64,000 bases of DNA, taken from Macrostomum lignano (taxonomy: Eukaryota). Shown here piece after piece: positions 47,701-64,000 of the stretch. Location of the stretch: the NCBI GenBank assembly GCA_002269645.1, contig NIVC01002452.1, positions 1-64,000 on the forward strand. Direction: 5' to 3'. Positions within the stretch are counted from its first letter, which is position 1. Each line of letters begins with the position of its first letter. Made by a program: the position numbers and the translations under genes. The notes beneath the pieces were generated by a model. It was not told the DNA's origin. It was given only the letters and a program-made list of their open reading frames with translations, and ran no database searches.

Positions 47701-49214
47701 AGGCCAGCCTCCCAGATTCCCAGTTACCAGACCAGCCTCCCAGATTCCCAGTTACTAGGCCGGCCTCCCAGATCCCCAGTTACTAGGCCAGCCTCCCAGA
47801 TTCCCAGTTACTAGGCCAGCCTCCCAGATTCCCAGTTACTAGGCCGGCCTCCCAGATCCCCAGTTACTAGGCGAGCCTCCCAGATTCCCAGTTACTAGGC
47901 CAGCCTCCCAGATCCCCAGTTACTAGGCCAGCCTCCCAGATTCCCAGTTACTAGGCCAGCCTCCCAGATCCCCAGTTACTAGGCCAGCCTCCCAGATCCC
48001 CAGTTACTAGGCCAGCCTCCCAGATCCCCAGTTACTAGGCCAGCCTCCCAGATCCCCAGTTACTAGGCCAGCCTCCCAGATCCCCAGTTACTAGGCCAGC
48101 CTCCCAGATTCCCAGTTACTAGGCCAGCCTCCCAGATCCCCAGTTACTAGGCCAGCCTCCCAGATCCCCAGTTACTAGGCCAGCCTCCCAGATCCCCAGT
48201 TACTAGGCCAGCCTCCCAGATCCCCAGTTACTAGGCCAGCCTCCCAGATCCCCAGTTACTAGGCCAGCCTCCCAGATTCCCAGTTACTAGGCCAGCCTCC
48301 CAGATCCCCAGTTACTAGGCCAGCCTCCCAGATTCCCAGTTACTAGGCCGGCCTCCCAGATCCCCAGTTACTAGGCCGGCCTCCCAGATCCCCAGTTACT
48401 AGGCCAGCCTCCCAGATCCCCAGTTACTAGGCCGGCCTCCCAGATTCCCAGTTACTACTGCAGCAAGACACTGCACTCGATTTTCTTAGAAAACATCCGG
48501 AGGCCGGCAAGGAACGCCTATTTGTCCCATCACCAGTGCATTTAGTATTCCTCTAGAAAACGCATAGCGCTGAATGAAGTTTTGCCATAGACAAATTCAA
48601 TCGAGAAAAATTCTATTTCCTGAAGGCATATGTTCCTCATTAGGTCGGCCTCCGCCAGATTCTCGCAGTTGCTCCCAGGTCCATCGCCCAGTCAAGTGCC
48701 CTTACCCAGAATCGCTACAACTAACTCCATAAAATTGAGTCGCCATAAAATCTCCAACCCTTTTGTCACGGCAACCGCAGGTGTTTACCAGTGCACCGGC
48801 GCCAATGAGGGAGGCTTCGACGACGCCGGCACCTACCGCGTACGAGTGGCCAGCGAGCCCTACTGGATTCAGAAGCCAGCTGACGTCTCCGTGCCCGAAG
48901 GCGGCAGCCACACGTTCCACTGCGAGGCTGGCGCCGCGGCCGGCGACCCGAAGTGGCTCATCAACGGTGTACCGGTCAGCGGGTCCGACAGCCGCTTCTC
49001 CCCGGTCGGCAGTGAGTTTCAGTTTAGCAATCTCACGGTGAGAGACTCGCTCGTGGTGCAGTGCAATGTCAGCAATAGGTATGGATACGTATTCACCAAT
49101 GCCTACCTGAGTGTGCTGCCGCCGTCAGCCACTTCGGACACAAAAGTGCCATGGTTCACTATTAAGTACTACTGGCTACTGTTGAATTACTTTGCCACAG
49201 TGTTTATTCCTTAA
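44783..49214 (+). CDS. L1/neuroglian-family protein with four Ig domains only; exons 44783-44840, 46506-46783, 46940-47492, 48781-49214 (440 aa)
   Basis: Signal peptide MRLALLALSLAALVQCAFS; Ig1 LECEASGSPAPTFTWKRNG...DGSYQC; Ig2 GNLLFSNIQLSD..YRC; Ig3 FCFFSGFPTPSIQWKK...GVYQC; Ig4 PYWIQKP...QCNVSNRYGYVFTNAYLSVL; hydrophobic C-terminus; phases 1/0/1. Confidence 0.85.
44960..46470. repeat. 20-bp minisatellite (ctagagcagtctgacacaca) in Ig-gene intron 1
   Basis: About 75 units. Confidence 0.95.
47540..48457. repeat. 28-bp family array in Ig-gene intron 3
   Basis: Units drift from gctgggccagc to actaggccagcctcccagat[c/t]cccagtt. Confidence 0.9.
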
Positions 49215-50583
49215 GCTGCATGGTCTCGAAAAGGTTTCTCACTTTTGTTGGTGCAATTTTGGTTTACAAAGCCATCTAATCTGATTTTAAAGGGCTTTCA
49301 ATGATAAAGTACAGCAGAATAAAATATTTTGCAAGCAAGAAGCTGGCGGTGAGTTCTGAATTGGAGTGTGATGTACAGGCTGGCGTAATGGACGTGCTTT
49401 TTTACATGCCGGTATCAGCTCAGGAAAATCAAATTTGATTGTGATGTAACCTGGGGAACGATAGCTTACAGAACTATGGCGCGAGGTACTGATAGAAGGG
49501 ATCAGAACTGACCCTCCGAGGGGCACCCGCCCTAGATGGAGAACTGGTTGTGATCCGATAGCAAAGTCCCGACTCCCACTGTTCTAATCCCAACTACGGC
49601 CTGGAGTTTTAAAGGTGGGGACTGCTTAAAGTAGTTCTGCCACCAACCCAATTCTGGGCATCTAAGGGGTGCCTTGACAGTGCTAAGAATCAGGTCTTTC
49701 GCATAGGGGGCTTCTGATCTGCGCAAGGTCGAGACTCGAGACCCCCTGACTTTAGCTGGGTTTGGGATAGAGAGAGAGTTCAAATGAACAATGATTTGAC
49801 TCCCGTCTGGCAGCTATAGCGCTGTGATCGGAAACAATGAGGAATTGGCTTGTATTGCTTTAGGCTCTGTTCACTGGTTTACTGGTTCACTGGTTCTGTA
49901 GTACTGGAATTTTGTACTTTGTTATATTTCTTAAAATTCTGGAGCATTGTTATTTACTGTAGACTGCAGGGAAAAAGAGAAATATAAAGTATTGTTTGTT
50001 CGTTTACTTGGCCTTTTTAGCGCCACCTAAATGTAAATAAATGTGTGTGTATGCTTTGGATAATATTCCTTACTGAAAGTTTTGTAGCTAAATATGCACT
50101 AAAACAATTCGAAATTTTATCTTTATGCATGGTTAAAATATAAACTTTCTTTCAAAACTCGGCATTATCGAATTGGGTGTCAGTATAAATCTTTGCTTGT
50201 TTATTTTATAAATTTGTCGCTAACTAGGTTTTCATTCATTTAATTACAATCCAGCGGCGCCAAAATATGTGCTGGGGGCGCTAAAAATCACTGCCAAAAG
50301 GTTTGACAACTTTCTACTTGTGCCTATAGCTACTTGTCCCAAAATTCATTCCTAGTCACGAGCGAGATGCATAAATTTAACCATCAGTTGGTCAGTCGTG
50401 TATTTGTCCAGCATTGAATATCACAGAGAGGCAAACAAACAATGCTGCATTGAAATCCTATTCCTAGCTATTAAACATCAAGAAAAATCACGTGGCTTGT
50501 ACTGTGGGGCTCAATTCATAGCCTCACATAAAACGCGTTAAAATCTCCTGCCAAATTCATAACTCGCGAATCTGCCAAGAATT

Positions 50584-56004
<5,421 letters not shown>

Positions 56005-57089
56005 TAAATTTAAATTGTATATATTTAATTTGTCCTACTGTCAGTAGAGTAATGCAACCTTAGCTCGTAAGTAGTAAAAACATCTATGGTTCTATAGCGA
56101 AAATCGAGCAGAGCCAGACGGATGCCCGTCTGCCTGGCAGAACATGGATGTTTAAAACAGGCTAACCTCACCACGAAGAGAGCTGCAGGACAAACACAGA
56201 AAAACAAGCAATGCTGTGCTTAAATTCGTAGCAAGCCAAATCCGTGTTTTATTGAACCTAGCTAAAAATATCTAACCAGCTAGCACTTTAATATATTGAA
56301 TAGAAATTCAATAATCAAGGTTTGCTTGCTTGATGCTAGAATTAGTGCGCCGTCTTTGACATCTCTGGACAAACTTTGCACACACGAGGCTTTGCAATTT
56401 CACATTTCGTTCTGTTTAAAGTCGGAACTGCACCTCACATTTTTTTGCATTTCTCCAGGCTTGAGCAACCCTGCGGAGTTCTTTGCCGAGTTTAACTGTA
56501 GCTCTGCTAACCTTGGTAAGCTTGAGAGCGAGAGGCAGGTATTCGAACCCTGTCAAATAAAAGCAGAAACTTTGCCTACCCCATGCGTACCAGATGATGC
56601 ATAGCCAGGCATTTTTGAGACAAATCTACTTCAATGAAGCAAAGGTAAGCAATGTGAAGGTGAGTGCTTTGGGCGTTGTATGCGTGCGCACAGTATGTGC
56701 GTTCGCGTCCCCCCCCATCACAATGGCCTGTCCAAGGAGTTCGAGAACTTAGAATCTGGAATCGCAAGGAAATCGCTTAGCTACACTTAGCTATAGCACT
56801 CGCCTATCTGCTCTCAATTGGCCCGAAAATGCGGGCGTTCCAGAATTCTGGATTTAGAATTCCCTGGCCTGTCTCCACCTCCACTCTGTCGGGCCGCTCG
56901 TGGCAGCCCCAGCGAGCACGTGTTGGCTGCCCCCCGCTCATCTCAGGCCCATTGTATAGCCCTCTGCCCCCGAACTGTTGCTGCCTATTCTGTTAGTCTA
57001 GAAAAAAGGAAAGACTGCAGCTGAGACCAACTGGCCAGCTAAGCAATACGCGGCTTTTCTCGAGCTCTGGGCAATCACAGCTAGTAGAG

Positions 57090-59778
57090 ATGGACCAGGA
57101 GCCGGACGAGAAACTCCGCGATCGTCTGGCCGCCGAGTCCTACAAGGAAAGCGGCTCGGACTCGGGCAAGTGGACCCGCCTGCAGGACGATGACAAGGAC
57201 AAAGACAAGCCGAGCACCGTCTGCGGTCTGAGCGTCGGCGGCTTCGTGCTGCTATTGCTGCTGCTCCTGGCCCTGGCTGGCCTCATCGCTCTGGGCAGCT
57301 TTTCCATTGTGAAATGGCGCAGCAGCGCGATGCTGTGCTCCACGGATAACTGCGTGCTGCAGTCGGCCTCCATGCTGCGCACCGTGGACCGGGCTGTGAA
57401 GCCGTGCGAAGATTTTCACGGGTTCGCCTGCGGCAACTGGGACCATGCCTACCCCACCCAGCCGGGCATCGGCAAGTACTCCAACTTCTACAAGGATACG
57501 AGAGACAACCTGCTGCGGCTGTACTCGCTGCTCAGCCACGGGTACAGCAACCGGCTGCTCATTCGAGGCCATCGGAGCAAAGCCGCGGCCAAAGCGGTCA
57601 CCTACTTTGAAGCCTGCAGCAACACGACCGCCCGCGAGGCCCTGGGCCAGAAGTCCGCCGAGTCGCTCATCAGCCGTCTGGGCGGCTGGTCGCTCACCAA
57701 CGACGTGCCCGCCACGCGACCGCCCAGCAGCGATCCGGGAGACGCTGGCATCATCGAGCGCATCGCCAAGGCCAACGCGCTGTTAGCGCAGCCATTTTTC
57801 AACGTCCAACCGGCAGTGAGCGACTTCAATCATCGGCGACGGGCGATTCGCATCAACCAGGTGAGTTCGCGAGCTGTCATTGTGCGGGAGTTGCAAAGGA
57901 GACGGTTGTGGCCAGTCAAATAAATACGCCAGAGAGATATCCTAGTCCCCTCAATGAAGTTGACAATGAGTTTGCATAGCATTTGTATCAGCCTTGTCAG
58001 AACCTATGCCAGATAAAAATCTACGATATTCATGTGAGACGGGCAAAATCAATTCATTCAGCTTTAAAATGAAACAGAGATCATTGAGATTGGTTGAAGC
58101 AGACCGAAGTTAGGCCAGATGTGTGAGAAGTAGCTTTAATGGTGAAATTCTCGCCGTCTCACCGCAGGGATTCGCGCCCTACCAGCGCAGCGCGCTGGTC
58201 ACTTCGGACGAGAAGTTTCACAAAGCCTACATGGCCTACGGCGAACAGGTGCTCAAAGCGATCGGCTCCACGGTTAACAACGCGTCCAGGAAGCGCCTCG
58301 AGGAGCTCTGGCAGCTGGACGTCCGCCTTGAGCGGCTGCGCAACTCTTATGTTGAGCGCCGAAAAGTTGCGCCGAAAATTGCCGACCCGAGCCGGTTCGA
58401 GATGACCTTAACCGACCTGTGCAAGCACATCAGCGACAGGCTGCATCACGCCTCCGTCACCCCGGAGTCGCTCGTGTCCGAGGCCGTGCGCCTGTCGCCT
58501 CAGTTCCTGGGCGTCCGGATCAAGCCAACCACCCTGATGCGAGTTGACAACTTGGAATACCTGCTTGGCCTGGCCGAGTTGTTCGCCCCGGCCATGGCCG
58601 CCAAGTCTCCGGCCTCCATGCTGCTCAGCGACTACGCGGTCATGACCACCCTGCGCTCGTTCGTGCACGCCCTCTCCGACCCGTTCCAGGAGGCCCGGCG
58701 TCAGGAGAAGCAGATCATCTACGGCAACAACGTGCTGGACAACCTGTGGCTGTACTGCACCAGCAAGACTGACTTGGCCTTTAAGTTCCTCACCGGAGCT
58801 CTGGTCCTGCAGCGCACCATAACGACAAAGACTCTGGCCAAGGTGACATCTCTAGTTGACCACATCCACAAGGAGCTCAGGCTGGTTGTCAGCGAAGCGC
58901 CCTGGATGGATAAGGAGACCCGAACTCGAGCCCTGGCCAAGGTGGACCGAATCAAGCAGACTGTTGGCTATCCTCAGATCATTATGAACGCCCACAAGTT
59001 GGACAAGTTCTACGACGACATCAAAATCGACAAGGGCGACTACTTCGCGTCATATCTGAACGCCCGGGCCACAAAGCACAAATGGTCGATCAACCATCTG
59101 AGCTCCAGACAGCCGCACCACAGATTCGAATGGGGCCAGAGTCCGCTGATGGCCAACGCGTTCTACAGCCAGACCACCCTGCGCATGACCATCATTGCCG
59201 GCATCCTGCAGCCGCCCTTTTTCGACGAGCACTTCCAGGACGCGTTCCTGTTTGGAGCACTCGGCTCCATCGTGGGGCACGAGTTGAATCACGCGTTCGA
59301 CGCTAGAGGCCGATACTACAACGCCACAGGCTGCCTGCAGCAGTGGTGGAGCAACGCTACCAGCATGCAGTACCGGTCTCGCAGGGACTGCTTCGTGCAG
59401 CAGTACAGCAACTACAAAGCCTACGGAATGAATAACCGAGGCGCCCACACTGTTGAAGAGAACATGGCTGACAATGGCGGGATCTACGTTGCTTATCGAG
59501 CGTTCCAGAAGCACCAAGAGACTGCCAGCTCCGACGCCTCGCTGCTGCCTGGACTGGGCTACACACCTGACCAGGTGTTCTTCATGGCCTTCGCCCAGCT
59601 GTGGTGCGGTCACGTGACCAAGCAGTTCGGCCGCAAGCTGATGGAAACGGATGTGCACTCGGTGTACGAGCACAGGGTCCTGGGCAGCCTGTCCAACATG
59701 CCGCAGTTCGCCAAGGCGTTCGGCTGCAAGCCCGGCTCACCCTTCAACCCTGCAAAGCGGTGCACCCTGTGGACCTGA
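57090..59778 (+). CDS. M13 family (neprilysin/ECE-like) type II membrane metallopeptidase; exons 57090-57860, 58168-59778 (793 aa)
   Basis: Transmembrane helix, C...C, PCEDFHGFACGNW, MANAFY, GHELNHAFD (HExxH), ENMADNGG, HS..EHRV, FGC...C..W; phase-0 intron. Confidence 0.92.
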
Positions 59779-60360
59779 GCCCGGGCCCCAGTGACTATAC
59801 TGTTTACCCTCTTCGACGCACAAACCGTGTTCGCATCGATTTTGCAATTCGGTTTTGTGCAACCCGTTCTATTCTAATCTCTCCAGTAATTAATCGCCAC
59901 TCGCTTATTGAGGCTTAAGGATGTGATAACCTACAGAGACATGGCTATTTATTTATTTAAGCGTAACAATACAATAATTGAAAACGCGCCTTGAAGTTCG
60001 TCTTGTTGCCTGTTTGGGGGTCATTAAAATACGATCGAATGCTTGTTTGCTTTTTTTCGTTCAATTTATTACAGTATGAAGGTTGAAAAAACTGAACAAA
60101 TTGATTATAAAATTATTCTTGCCATACGCCTTAATCAGTAGTGTAAAAGAGAATTTTCATTTAAATTGAAACAGTAAAAGTTTGAGATAAAAATTAAGTA
60201 ACAAAGGATCCGAGATTTTTTTAAGTCGCCATGACATTTTCAACAAAAATTTGATCTCGGGGAGAAAATCCCTTCCAGCTACTGTTAGTAGTTAGCAAGT
60301 ATTTATAGTGCAGTTTCATTGCAAATAGGAATAGATAGTTCGTAAAGATCACCCACCGAC

Positions 60361-62914
<2,554 letters not shown>

Positions 62915-62929
62915 CTGCGGGTGCGTTGT

Positions 62930-64000
62930 GCGCGTACACTGATGACTCATCACATTAGCAGACTTATCCATCCGTGTGCGTACACTGATGCTCATCACAT
63001 TAGCAGACTTATCTATCCGTGTGCGTACACTGATAACTCATCACATTAGCAGACTTATCTACCCGTGTGCGTACACTGATGCTCATCACATTAGCAGACT
63101 TATCTATCCGTGTGCGTACACTGATGCTCATCACATTAGCAGACTTATCTATCCGTGTGCGTACACTGATGCTCATCACATTAGCAGACTTATCTACCCG
63201 TGTGCGTACACTGATGCTTATCACATTAGCAGACTTATCTATCCGTGTGCGTACACTGATGCTCATCACATTAGCAGACTTATCTACCCGTGTGCGTACA
63301 CTGATGCTTATCACATTAGCAGACTTATCTATCCGTGTGCGTACACTGATGCTCATCACATTAGCAGACTTATCTATCCGTGTGCGTACACTGATGCTCA
63401 TCACATTAGCAGACTTAACTACCCGTGTGCGTACACTGATGCTCATCACATTAGCAGACTTATCTATCCGTGTGCGTACACTGATGCTCATCACATTAGC
63501 AGACTTATCTATCCGTGTGCGTACACTGATGCTCATCACATTAGCAGACTTATCTATCCGTGTGCGTACACTGATGCTCATCACATTAGCAGACTTATCT
63601 ACCCGTGTGCGTACACTGATGCTTATCACATTAGCAGACTTATCTATCCGTGTGCGTACACTGATGCTCATCACATTAGCAGACTTATCTATCCGTGTGC
63701 GTACACTGATGCTCATCACATTAGCAGACTTATCTACCCGTGTGCGTACACTGATGCTTATCACATTAGCAGACTTATCTATCCGTGTGCGTACACTGAT
63801 GCTCATCACATTAGCAGACTTATCTATCCGTGTGCGTACACTGATGCTCATCACATTAGCAGACTTAACTACCCGTGTGCGTACACTGATGCTCATCACA
63901 TTAGCAGACTTATCTATCCGTGTGCGTACACTGATGCTCATCACATTAGCAGACTTATCTATCCGTGTGCGTACACTGATGCTCATCACATTAGCAGACT
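62930..64000. repeat. 45-bp minisatellite (cgtacactgatgctcatcacattagcagacttatctatccgtgtg), intronic, runs off the window
   Basis: About 24 units upstream of the 62914 acceptor. Confidence 0.95.

Noticed and set aside
49440-50060. Possible solo LTR after the Ig gene
   Set aside because: TG start and AATAAA present but no convincing CA end, inverted termini or TSD

Overview
Gene-dense animal genomic DNA: GC-rich exons, AT-rich spacers, GT-AG introns, SINEs and MITEs. It is not prokaryotic, and no CRISPR, rRNA or true tRNA gene was seen. The style (tandem-repeat-filled introns, an ATG-less gene starting at a splice acceptor) suggests a trans-splicing flatworm such as Macrostomum; this is inference only. 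About 12 protein-coding genes were reconstructed by hand from splice sites and reading-frame phase: an orphan (-), POLR2K/Rpb12 (+, one-base frameshift), CFAP157 (+) with a GSK3-like kinase nested antisense in intron 2, METTL24-like (-), GPS2 (+), ORC5 (-), BPNT1 (+), a four-Ig L1/neuroglian-like protein (+), a secreted C2-domain protein (+), a neprilysin/ECE M13 peptidase (+) and the 3' part of an unknown gene (-). Most notable: (1) ORC5 has no genomic ATG but opens in frame exactly at a ttgcag acceptor, as expected if a spliced leader ending in AUG supplies the start codon; (2) one 28-bp minisatellite family occupies introns of four unrelated genes, and every intron over about 350 nt is inflated by a tandem array; (3) an exon+intron tandem duplication in the GSK3-like gene creates an in-frame 183-nt cassette exon; (4) a hemolin-like 4-Ig protein with a possible GPI signal lies next to a secreted protein with a perforin-like C2 motif. 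All family assignments come from motif recognition, not database searches.
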